Shown here piece by piece: positions 11,410 through 23,200 of a DNA stretch of 64,000 nucleotides. The position numbers were made by a program, and so were the translations under genes. This DNA is from Dudresnaya verticillata. Lineage: Eukaryota. The notes beneath the pieces were generated by a model. That model made no database searches and was not told where the DNA came from. It saw only the letters and a program-made list of their open reading frames with translations. Each line of letters opens with the position of its first letter. Position 1 is the stretch's first letter. The stretch spans positions 496,001 through 560,000 of the forward strand of contig OZ374565.1 of assembly GCA_977862235.1 (NCBI GenBank). Direction: 5' to 3'.

Positions 11410-13248
11410 ACATCACGGAGAACCATCTTGAGGACTGTGTGGCCAAGCAGGCTGTAGTTAATCCTGATGATTATGATCTTGGAAAGCTCGATGATTCCCT
11501 CAATGACTAGAAGCTCGGACGAGCGGATAGTGAACACAACCTAGAAGCCCAAGTTTAGAAGCTGATCTTTGAATACACCAAGATCTTACAGAACTGTGGT
11601 TACGATAAGTTTGCCGAACGGCACCCGAAGCTTGCCGTGGAGCACATACTGAAGCGTATCACTCACCCGTTCCTGAAGAACCGCATGATCATGACTGCGC
11701 GTCTGAAGAAGGACGAGGACTTTCAGAAGAACTTCAAAGTTTTCGTACGAGAACTCGCGAAGGAGGCGCGGCTGATCGACCGCATGAACGCCGCCAAGAA
11801 ATACAAAGCTCCCGCTACCGCTTTCGACAAGTTTGCTACTCGTATCGCGGATGATCCGCCGCCGACGGCGCCATACCGATCGGGCAGTTCCGGTTCCGGA
11901 CGTAAGAATAAGAACCTTCGTAATAAAGGTGGTGCATCTGGCAGTACTGCAGAAGATGGGAACCACAATCAAGACAAACCGTTCGGTGGTAACGATGGCA
12001 GAGGTAAACACTTTCGCGAACCTCCCCATTGTCTCAACCCAAAGTGCGACAAGCGCCATTGGGTTGATGACTGTGAAATAACTGCGGACGCAGAGAAGAA
12101 ACGTCTCAAGGATGAGTGCCGTGCGCGTTCGCAAGCGCGCAAGTGATCGAAGCAGGACTCAGAGAAGCGAGAAAACATCGGATCTGTAGAACTACCTACC
12201 GAAGGAGAACACACTTCAATGTTCTCAGCCTCATTCTGTTCAGGTGCTGTAGAGGTGTCCGCCTTAACCGATCAAGGTTCGGATGCTAATCTAATTTCAC
12301 CATCAGTACTGAAGGAGATCTTACAGGCTGACCCAGATGTTCGAGTTGTGACTCTACCAAAGAAGCTGGAGTTCTCCAATGCTCATTCTTCTGCGGTGAA
12401 GATCACGTGCAGCAGACAAGTATCCGCTGACGTAAAGCTACGCGTACGCCATGGTACGAACCTCATGTTGCGAGGAATGAAGTGGCTGGTCACAGACGCT
12501 GCAGTACAGCACGTTTATGTCGGACGACATGTTGTCGCGTCTATAGGGTTGAACAACCGTGTCATGCTCGAGTTCGCGGCTGATAGATTCGGAGGAGTCG
12601 TCGACGTCCCAGAAGTTCTTCATAAGGATGGGAGTGGCGACAATCCTTGCGCCGACGCCGGTGCGCCTATCCATGGAATCCTTCGCGAACGCGGTTTGGA
12701 TTTTGGAAGCACCTTCCACAGCAAAGGGGGTGCTGAGGACGATCAACTCGAAGACAGTAACGTCTACGTCGATCTTGGCGAGGACTCGCCGGATGATTTG
12801 AAACAGGCGATCGCCGCAATGGTCGAAGACGCTCGCAACAATGGACTGAGCGATACCGGAGCCGAACGGCTGACCTCTATCCTGGACAGGTACCCGGTTT
12901 TCGGATTCGGCTGGGCAAATCCCAACCAGTCGACGTTCCGCTAATGAGGGTACGACGTCAACAAGGATACCGACCGGTACGTGTGAAACCAAGGAGATAC
13001 TCCGGTGAACAAAGGAACTTCCTGAACGCGCGCGTCGTACGCGTACGTGGATCGGCTCAAGGAGATGGAATTTTCGAGGAGATGCCAACCGCCGAATGGC
13101 AAGCGGCACCTCTCCTTGTGCCGAAGCCTGGTTCCAGAGCTGGGTATCGTATGACTGTGGACCTTCGTCCGGTCAATGGCGCGACAATCAAAGAGTCGTG
13201 GCCAATGCCTCATCTGGACAGCGAGGTGTATGATTTCTCAGGGAGCAC

Positions 13249-16146
13249 TGTGGTGCAAGGGAAGGGCTGCCCCTTTTTCGCTGTGAGCGTATTATATGCC
13301 AACGTCTACCGACGGCACGTCGACCGCCGTTGGCGCGCGAACACGTCATGGACGGTTGGCCCACGGGCATACGGCCGCCGTTACCCGGCGCGGCGCACGC
13401 GCCCACTGTACGGCCAGATCCAGATGCACGATCCGGATCGGCCAGGCGCAAGGCGCACGCCTGTAAGCCTGGCCCGGATCCGGATCGGATCCGGATGGGA
13501 CATCGGGATCCGGCATCGGGATCCACAGTGATGTAAGGAGAGCGCCTGTAATGGCCGCGCGCCAGCAATGCTGGTAGGGATCTGGATCCGAATCCGGATC
13601 ACCCAAAATGCTACACGTATGCGCCTGTAAGCTACTCCTGAGCTCCCGCGCGCGCGGCTGCATGGCGACGACGACGTGTCAGACACTCGACGACGCGACA
13701 CGCGTCCTGAGTCCCCGCGCACCGCGCCTGCCGCCGTCGCTCACGTAGTATATGAGGTAATCCGTCTGAGACGCTGAGTAAATCCCGGACAAGCCGGCCT
13801 TGGTCCAGACTTCCCCGTTCCGCACGCGCGTACCCTACCGCTGCCTACGGCTAAGCGTCTACCTCCCGTGCTTCCACGTCTACCATCGTCCTTGACGTGC
13901 TCCCTTTCTGTTTCCTTTCCCCTTCCTTCACATCTTCCGCCTCGGGCGTCTACAGTCCGCCCAAGGCGTGTCCCTTTTGCTCTACCAACAAGTCGCCCAC
14001 GGCGGGACCACCTACCGCCAAGGGCGCAGCTACCCACCGAGCCCCGAACTGCTTGGCGGTCTATCGTATCGGACGTTTTGCACCACATCTGGTCTCCCGA
14101 CCTAGACCGTTCTGACGCGGGTACACTCCCTGGCGTCGAAGACGGTCTTCTTGAACTTGGGCCTCTCGACGGCGGCGGTCGTGAGGCCATGATACAATCG
14201 TAGAGTTGCTTGAACGTCGTGGACGATTAGCGACAAACGTCTGAAGACGAAGAGTCGGACGTCGCACGACGGAGTAACTCGTTGAAACGTAGCACAATTC
14301 TAGGTCGGGAGACCAGATGTGGTGCAAAACGTCCGAGACGATAGACCGCCGAGCAGTTCGGGGCTCGGTGGGTAGCTGCGCCCTTGGCGGTAGGTGGTCC
14401 CGCCGTGGGCGACTTGTTGGTAGAGCAAAAGGGACACGCCTTGGGCGGACTGTAGACGCCCGAGGCGGAAGATGTGAAGGAAGGGGAAAGGAAACAGAAA
14501 GGGAGCACGTCAAGGACGATGGTAGACGTGGAAGCACGGGAGGTAGACGCTTAGCCGTAGGCAGCGGTAGGGTACGCGCGTGCGGAACGGGGAAGTCTGG
14601 ACCAAGGCCGGCTTGTCCGGGATTTACTCAGCGTCTCAGACGGATTACCTCATATACTACGTGAGCGACGGCGGCAGGCGCGGTGCGCGGGGACTCAGGA
14701 CGCGTGTCGCGTCGTCGAGTGTCTGATATGGTGCAAATTATTCCATGCTACTGGCGCTCTGCACCGTCCTAGACGGATAGCTCCCGTCTTTGACGTTTCT
14801 ACCGCCTTTGGCGACTGGGATTGAGCTCGAGGCGCGAACCCGCTCGTGATCCCTGTTTCCGCCGATGGCGCTAGTCATTCGACTTTGTCGGGCAACTTGG
14901 TCAAGAACCAGACCTCCCGCTCACAGCGGATAGTGACGGCAATGTCGGGTTGAAAGAACGCGTGAGGTGTAGTTACTGGGTCACGCTGCTGCGCCCCGTG
15001 GCATACTTGCACACGTGGCACGTGTCACAGGGCAACGGAGGACAATGGGACCAAGAGTCTGTAAGCGCGGTGCGTGAACACGTGTAGGTGTAAGCATTAG
15101 AGCGGCACGCGCGGTGGCGTGGGCAAATATGTCAGGCGCGCGGCTGCATTCCGAGGGCACTTGTCAGACGCACGACGGAACGACACGTGTCCTGAGTTCC
15201 CGCGCGCCGCAGCGCCACCGCCGTCGCCCACGCAGCAGTAGTAATACTTAGGTAACCCGTCTAGGACGTCCCAGTAAACCCCGGCAAGCCGGTCTGCCTT
15301 CACACTTCGCCCCTTCGCTCGTTAGCGTCACTGCCGCTACCGACGTTGGCTACGCGTTGCGACGATCGCGCTTCCGCGTCAATGTCCGTCTTTGACGTGT
15401 ATCCCCTTTTGTTTTCCCCCTTTATGGCCTTGGTAGCCGAATGCCCCTTCCCGCTAGTGTGTGCGTCGCCACCGCTTCCGTTAGGCAAAGCGTCGGTACC
15501 ACCGTCCCTCCACGTGCAACACCGTCGTTGACGTGTTTCCATTTCCGTCTTGTCTCGTTTCTTTGGTTTCGATCTACCTACCGCCCAGGGCGTTTACAGT
15601 CCGCCTTGTGGCGTTGTCCATGCTCTACCACCCCTACCGTCTCTGACGTGCTACCCGCCGGGTCTCGAACTGCCCGGGCGTGCTTTTCCGTCCTAAACGT
15701 TTTGCACCACATCTGACACGTCGTCGTCGCCATGCAGCCGCGCGCGCGGGAGCTCAGGAGTAGCTTACAGGCGCATGCGTGTAGCATTGTGGGTGATCCG
15801 GATTCGGATCCAGATCCCTACCAGCATTGCTGGCGCGCGGCCATTACAGACGCGCTCCTTACATCACTGTGGATCCCGATGCCGGATCCCGATGGCCCAT
15901 CCGGATCCGATCCGGATCCGGGCCAGGCTTACAGGCGTGCGCCTTGCGCCTGGCCGATCCGGATCGTGCATCTGGATCTGGCCGTACAGTGGGCGCGTGC
16001 GCCGCGCCGGGTAACGGCGGCCGTATGCCCGTGGGCCAACCGTCCATGACGTGTTCGCGCGCCAACGGCGGTCGACGTGCCGTCAGTAGACGTTGGCATA
16101 TAATACGCTCACAGCGAAAAAGGGGCAGCCCTCCCCTTGCACCACA
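13249..16146. mobile_element. Inverted-LTR (palindromic) retroelement derivative inserted in the gypsy RT, TSD AGCAC
   Basis: LTR 13249-14087 (TGTGGTGCAA...TTGCACCACA) plus PBS-like TGGTCTCCCGACCTAGA. Its reverse complement lies at 14299-16146, interrupted by a solo LTR. agcac at 13244-13248 and 16147-16151. Removal restores RT ...DFSGST|CFFSLDFVSGYWQ. Confidence 0.9.
14727..15710 (+). mobile_element. Solo LTR (984 bp) of a related family inserted in the right arm of the inverted-LTR element, TSD TCTGA
   Basis: Starts TATGGTGCAA, ends TTGCACCACA; tctga at 14722-14726 and 15711-15715. Its 3' half resembles 13690-14087. Confidence 0.9.
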
Positions 16147-18883
16147 AGCACGTGTTTCTTCTCCCTGGATTTCGTGTCGGGTTATTGGCAGCTTCCACCG
16201 CATCCCGATTCCTACACCGCGTGTGGCGTCATCACACCGCGCGGGGTAATGATATCAAAACGCGTGTTGGATGGTCTGGCGAACGCCCTGGCTTTTTCCA
16301 GAGCTCGGTCGAGCCTCTATTCGCCAGCCTGCGTGATTTTCTGAAGGCATGGCTGGACGATTTGAGCCTTCACGCCCCATCCCAGGAGATTCTTTTGGAC
16401 AATCTCGAGAGTTTTCTCCGCACTTGTAAGGAGAAGAGATTGTGGCTTTCCGCACGGAAATGCAAACTCTTTCGCAAGAAACGTCGCTGGTGCGGTCGCA
16501 TTGTGTCTGGAGAAGGGTACACACTCGACCCCACACGTCTTTCGGGTTTGCAAGAAATGGGAACCCCGAAGACTGCGGAAGAACTTGCGCAGTTCATCTA
16601 CTGCTATCGCTGGATGTCGCTCGCCATCCCCGACTTCGCGCGCCGCATCGCGCCGCTCAACAACATCTGGGAAGAGGCGTACGCCAAATCTGGAAGCGTA
16701 CGAAGAGATCTATCCGCAAGATCGTGCTCAGTAACCTGTCTTGGGGGTCCCCGCATGAGAAGGCCTTTCTCGATCTTCAAGACAGCCTACGGACCGCTGT
16801 CACCCTCTCTTATCCGGATCCGGACAAAGCTATTTGCGTATTCACCGATGCGTCCGAACGGTTCTGGTCTGTCGTTGCCACGCAGTGCGACGAATTAGAT
16901 CTGAAGAAGCCGGTCGGCGAACAGAAGCATGAACCCCTCGCATTTTTGGGTTCCCAGTTTACAGGCGCATCGTTGAACTGGTCTACCTTCGAGAAAGAAG
17001 GATTCGCGGTGTTCCAGACCTTTGAGAAACTCGACTACATGCTGCTTGGTCACGCGCGTACTCACGCGTTCACGGATCATCGAAATCTAATGTTCGTGTT
17101 CGCACCTCTTGCGCTGGAACCAGCTCTTGGAAGGCACATTGTCTCAAAAGTTCAACGTTGGGCTCTGTACTTGTCCAAGTTCAGCTACGTCATTGAGCAC
17201 ATCAAGGGAGAAGAAAATGTGTTCGCAGATATTCTAACTCGCTGGGTCAAGGGCTACCGCAACGAGAAGTCAATGCTGTGCAGCGTTATACTCGAAGAAG
17301 CTGAACAGCTCATCCCTGCCGCCGACGTAATTGTCTGGCCGGATATCGAAGTGATTCGCGACTCACAAGCGTCTCACACACGCACTGAAGGAGTACTCCT
17401 TGACGAGGATGACAGATTGTGGAAGAAAAGAAATCTCTTCTAGATTCCGAAGGAGGACCTCGAACTCAAGCTCACAGTAATTGTGTGTTCACACTGTGGT
17501 ACAATCGGACACCGAGGTATGGATGCAACCAAGAGCATCATACTCGAGAACTTTTGGTGGGAGACCAAGAAGGAGGATGTCGACGAGTTGGTTCGCGGAT
17601 GCCTACACTGCATCGTAACTCGTACGGGGGAGATCGTCCCGAGACCGCTCGGACACGCTCTGCACGGCGAACGCCCTAATGAAGTTGTCCACGCCGATTT
17701 CCTTTCCATGGGTCAAGGTGTGGACGGGAAGAAATACATCCTCATCATACGGGACGACTTGTCCTCGTAAATCTGGCTTTGGCCAACAGACGAGGCGGAC
17801 GCCAACGCTGCCGCTGCTGTCCTGAACTCCTGGGTTGGCAGCTTTAGTTCTATGGATTGGCTGGTCAGCGATCAGGGAACCCATTTCAAGAACAAACTAC
17901 TCAAGGAGATGGTGGAAGAACTGCGTTCGCAACATCATTTCACCACGGCTTATTCTCCGTGGGCGAACGGTTCCGTCGAGAGAGTTTGCCGCGAAGTCCT
18001 TCGTGCGTGCCGCGCGCTGCTCAGCGAATGGAAGCTATCGCCGAAGGATTGGCCTACAGTAACCGAGTAGAACATCATCAATCAAGCTCCGCTTCGGAAG
18101 CTCGGCTTCGCGACGTGGAAGTGCCAGGTGTACACCGCACTCCGCTCGAGGTCTTCACAGGACATCGACCTGTGCGTCCTCTACTGAGAGCCTTACCGAA
18201 GAACAAGTACCGGTCGGCCAAAACAATCGAAGAGCTACGCGCACGCGCGCTTCTAAACATTGATCAACTCCAGGATGCGTTGTTCAACGTTCATCGAGAT
18301 GTGAAAGAGATCTCAAGTGCTGCGCGGAAGAGAAAGGTTGACCAACACAACAAGCGCACGAACGTTCACCGCGCTAACTTCATCGAAGGCGACTTTGTCC
18401 TCGTTCGTCGCGCTCAGCCCGGTGGACACATGCTGAAATTGGTTTGGCGAGGACCTCTCCGCGTCACACAAGTCCGTTCGGAATGGGTCTTCGAGATACA
18501 GAACCTCATAACGGACAAAAGGGAAGTGGTGCACGCGCGCCGCTTACACCTTTACCGCTCGGATATGGATGGCAAGGAAGTCCTTCCTGCACTGCTTAAA
18601 GCTGCGGAGCACTCCGAGACAAGCTACCAGATTGCCGAACAAATACGCGGCATCAGCGAAGTTGATGGGAACTCCAGATTTGGAACTTGGAGTGGAGTGG
18701 GCTCCCCGATGAGGTCGACTGGACCTGGGAAACCTTGCGCCAAGTCTTCGAGGACATGCCTGGACTGCTCGAAGATTTTCTCCACACTGCCGGGACCCGC
18801 AGTCTCAAACGACGCGCGCTCGCGCAATGCAATTTCTCGTAACCAAGCTTCTTTGTTCACGCTGAACAGAAGCTTGGGGGCAC

Positions 18884-19492
18884 TGTTACACATAGCGCTC
18901 GCACTGTTTGGGAGCACTCCATACAATGGGATCCCAAAGCGCACACGCGACGCTGCAGGGTAATTCCCTAGAATGGGAGCCTGCTGGGGAACGCACTGCT
19001 GAACAATGGCAGACCCCACGGCCGATCATGGCTATCGCGCACAGACCTGGTGAACCTGCACAAGGCAGAACTGCCGGTCTGACAAGGCGAATTTGCGTCC
19101 CTTCGGACAACCCTCTACATCTTATTGGCTAACTCTCAGGGTCCCCTAACAACAGGATTCAGACCTGAATGACTTTCCGTCCGTCCCCGACCCTCTGTGG
19201 GACGGCGGGTGTGAACACATCCACCTGTTCAGGTCTATCTGACTTGGAGCGGATCCCGCGAGCATGCGGGCCACAAATACTGTGGGTCGCTTTGAGCCGT
19301 CCGGCTGTAGAAATAATAAAGGCAGCACGCTGGCGTCGAACGACGACGACGAGGGACAACACACCACTCCTCATCCACGCCGTGACTTTGCCTTCCACTT
19401 TGCCAACCCCAACTTTCTCTCTACCGACCTTTTACTTTTCCTTTTCGCGTTCGCGATCTACTGCTTCGAAGGCAAAAGCGGTACGCGTCACA
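18884..19492 (+). repeat. 3' LTR of gypsy element, preceded by a purine-rich tract
   Basis: Direct repeat of 9719-10327; agaagcttgggggcac lies immediately upstream. Confidence 0.95.
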
Positions 19493-19509
19493 AGAGCAAT
19501 GAGGAAGCG

Positions 19510-20290
19510 ATGATTCTTTTTAATGAATGTGTACGGTGGTCTTATGCGTGGGGCTGTTCCCGACAGGCAAGCACACCGGTGGGGTTTGGGTCTATCCTAT
19601 GGAAGGGTTTGAGTTATGTGAGAACCTAAAGGGTTTTTTGGGGGACCCGAAAGGGTAAATTCGTGCCTGCAGGCGTCTCGGATGGACGAGATTGCACCGA
19701 CGATGGCGCAGAGATTACATGCGCCAAGTGATGGTAGCGAAAGGGCTTTCAGAGACTGGGCCAGGAGTTGGGCTTCTTCGTCGAAAAATGGGTACCGAGG
19801 CGGGATGAGGAACGTCCAGACGTGCCACTGATTTCCGCTTTCCTCCTCTGCGGTTCGACAACTTCAAGACAGGTGCTAACCGGTTTGCAGAGTACACAGG
19901 GCCAGGGAATCGCCCAGATAATTCCGCAAACCATTCTTGTAGCAGCGCTTCGCGCAATTCCCTCTGCGCTCCTGATTGTCGGGGTGCTTGGCACCAAAAA
20001 CACGTTGTGTAGTCTTAACAGCAAGTGTTATTTGAGCATGCCGGGAGATCAGAAGTTTTGCTACGTCAACAAGGTTTCGTAACCCGCGCGCATCATAGTG
20101 CCCTAAAACGTATGCTGAGCGTTAGAAAAGGATGTTCGATGCGGAAGAGGTCCCTGAGATCCTGCTAACGTGTGGCAGTGGTAACAAAATTGCCGTCAGG
20201 AACGCAAAATCTGCTCTAGAAGTCACTCAGAGGGACAAAGGTGTAGAGAAACCTCGGGGTAGAGGACAGGAGTCCGTCTACAGTACGTTT
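19510..20290 (-). mobile_element. Degenerate 3' part of the LINE family
   Basis: Minus strand reads REALLQEW..LSGRFPGPVYSANRLAPVLKL and QWHVWTFLIP, matching LLREW..LSGRRLAPVYNSHRLPPALEL and RWHLGTFPIP of the other copies. A decayed tail lies near 19510-19570. The 5' limit is approximate. Confidence 0.6.
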
Positions 20291-23200
20291 AATGTGGTGA
20301 AGTGGGGTCGGCTGCGTACGAGCGCAGATGAAGTGCCTAGATACGCAGGGTAGTGTGCAATCGCAAGCGTAGGTTCAGATGCCGCAGGTCTTCACTTAGA
20401 CTGATGATGATTGTGCTGATCCAGGGCTAAGGTTCCGAGCGGAAGAGGTGTAACAGTACCCTGGGTGATGCGTGCGAAGTGAAAAGGAGAAGTCAAGAGT
20501 ACGAGATAGGTGGATGACGGGTGTTGGAGTGAAGGAGCGTTGTGCGACGGTGATAAATACCATTCGTAACCATTTCAGATCGATTGGATGGGCTGCCAGA
20601 CCAGATCAATGGTGACGGTCGCAAGACTTACAAGACTGGTAAGAAGTGTAGAAGAAGAGAGTTGACGACTGACATGTTTCTTCCTTGCAACAGCACACGA
20701 ACTGCACCAACATCTTGAACAACAGGGTCCGGGTGGGATATGTTTTGATAAATTGAACGTTTGTGAAATTGGGAAAATTGTTGTAACATTTTGGCAACAT
20801 TCTGTCACGTCGAAAGTGTTATCTTGTGTGAGGTTGTCTGCAGGGAAGAAAAGAGACCCTCGGTCATTGACTTATGATCGAAACTCGGTAGCTGCTTGCG
20901 GCGTTCTAAGTTCTTCTTTCGAATCAGGCACACACCCAACGAGTTCGAACTATCCGCCTGGAGCTCTATGCTTTCTTTCAGGCCTATCGCTTCCTACAGT
21001 AAACACACTTACAGATGTCCGCGTTAAAACCGTCTACTCGTCCTCATCCCTCGCTCATTGTATCCATCTTCTAGCGTAGGGTCTTTTCCAATACACCCAC
21101 CGAGGGCATACAGACACATGATTAATCAAATGAGTAATGTTTTGACGTCACATGATGCCGGAGTCGACCCTCTCTCCGGAGAACGAAGTGCCCTTGGGCC
21201 TAGGTAGGGGAAATATGGATAAAGAATTCTTCGAAGGCCGGAATAATCTGTGCACACACGTGCTTCAGCCCAAGAGAGGGACAAGGAGTAGTATGACGAG
21301 CAGCGACCGGCGCGATGAATGGATTTCTTTCCCGGTTTGTGATCCTCAGCAGAGAAATCATAGCTTTTGTGCTATATTCCGCGGTTGTCTGTCTCTTAGC
21401 GTGGAGGGACTGCGCCGAAACATTTCGAGAACATTTACTGACAAACTAGTCCTGTGAGCGTCCCTGAGATTCACCATATTGCTATCATTGTCCATCGCAA
21501 GAACACCAGAAAGCCCTCTATTGGGCGACTTTTCCACACCCTAGTTCTGGGCTCGAACCTCAATCTGAGTACCTGAGTGTGTTCACTTATTTCTGCTTGC
21601 GACCATGATGCACTATAGGAGATGACATCAAAGAACCCGATTTTGACTCCTGTTTTACCGAGGTTTCTCTCTGCCCATTCTGAGTTCGTTCGGATGCTCT
21701 CGCCAGTTCAAGGCGATTCAGGTTCACGACGAGATTTGTGTATTATTTTGCATATTTGGAACTGGCTGGCTTTCGTTGAAATTTATTGTGCGGAAATTAT
21801 GGCCTTCAATTTGGGTTGTTCTTTAATAAAGGTCTCCTCTCTTCAATTTGGGAGCGCTCCGTCAGACTTTTTTTATCGCCCGTAGGCTTTATCATTTTGC
21901 AGAATTGCGCCCAATTGTGAAGAGAGGCTATCAAGATCGTTCGTTTCCTGGATTACAAGAAGACCAAATCAGCGAGTCTCCAGCAGCATCTGTAACATTA
22001 CATTACAGAGCCTGGATGTTCTCGATTGCGATGACCCTCTAAGTGGGGCGGAATATGGCCTTCTTGCTGCCTACGTGGAAAACATTATATCAGGCAACCA
22101 CAACATACCTTCACGCAGCGGTGGAAAGGAGAGCTCGAAGTTGCGGATCGATGTGCCCCTATTCCCTTAGCTGCCCTCTTTATCACTCTTCTTACAATTT
22201 GTATGGTCTATCTTTAGCGCACCTATTGCATATCAGCTGTCGACAACAACACAATGAAGTTTATCCATGGATACATGAAAGGCTTTCGTTGATATATTAC
22301 ATCATGGTGGAGATAATGCATAGGGTAGTAGTGTTTTGACAGGCCAAGTACAGTCCCAAATTGGTGTGCGGGCGTATGGATGCTCGGGTCGTGGACCTCT
22401 CGTGCGCTGGTCGGAGATGGGAGGGAGTTCATAGGCCCACAGAAATATACAAGAGTTCCCCAAAATGAAACACTACGATCTGCGAAGGGCCGTGGCCTCT
22501 CAAACTCGAGATATCTGTCATTCTCCAACAAGTGACAATATACCTTTATTGGACCTAGTTTTGAGTACATCTGATTCAGATGTCGGCAATAAAATGAGAG
22601 CTTTTTACAGGGGTGGCGCAATTTCCGAATCAAAGCCACAGTATCGGCGTCGCGGCATGGCTATCCAACGTTAACAGTGACAAAGCAGCGCAATAACGCC
22701 CCATGCACCGCATAGCTAATCGTCTGAGACCCGTCAAGGAGCTAAATGCCGAGCGCATTAGAGAATAGTAGTAGGCTGTGTGTGCCACACTGCGCAATGG
22801 AAGGTGGGAGTATTTACTATCCCCTTGCAATCCCCCACGTCCTGAAAGCTAAAGTGCCCACACATCTATGTACTATTGTCATTAGCCTCTCCCACCCTTG
22901 ATTGCGGTTCCCTACACACCCATCACCATCTCAATCCTCTGAATTCGAAACAAACGCGGGTGGATTGGGCCAAATAACCCGTAAGAAAAAGCACGAATTC
23001 TTACACGTATGCCAGGCAGCAGAATCCATAAGGGAACGCCGCGCCGCAGACCCTAAGGTCGCCATTCCGCTCGAGTCAAATTTTCGTTAGCAATTGTTTA
23101 AATTAGTCCTGAAAGGGCGGCTGTGCCTCCATATCTGACGCGTATTACGAGCAGGATCGCCCTAGACAAGTAGTTAAGTAGAGTACCCCTAGTGCACTAT

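Larger units (their letters stand above)
9719..19492 (+). mobile_element. Ty3/gypsy LTR retrotransposon (chromovirus-like), decayed, with nested insertions
   Basis: Direct LTRs 9719-10327 and 18884-19492 (TG...CA). gag from about 10434; protease ALTDQGSDANLIS; RT YRMTVDLRPVN / LDFVSGYWQ / WLDD; RNase H FTDAS...FTDHRNL; integrase HRG...CLHC, VSDQGTHF; frameshifted chromodomain EWSGLPDEVDWTWETL at about 18685-18790. Many stops and frameshifts. Confidence 0.95.

Noticed and set aside
10683..11590. Longer boundary for the first solo LTR ending at ..cttaca
   Set aside because: No TSD there; gag resumes at 11410 and TSD ACATC fixes the end at 11409.
13249..16146. DIRS element or Mutator/foldback DNA transposon
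   Set aside because: The 5-bp TSD, TG..CA ends on each arm, PBS-like sites and a related solo LTR point to an integrase-type LTR origin; no tyrosine recombinase or transposase is present.
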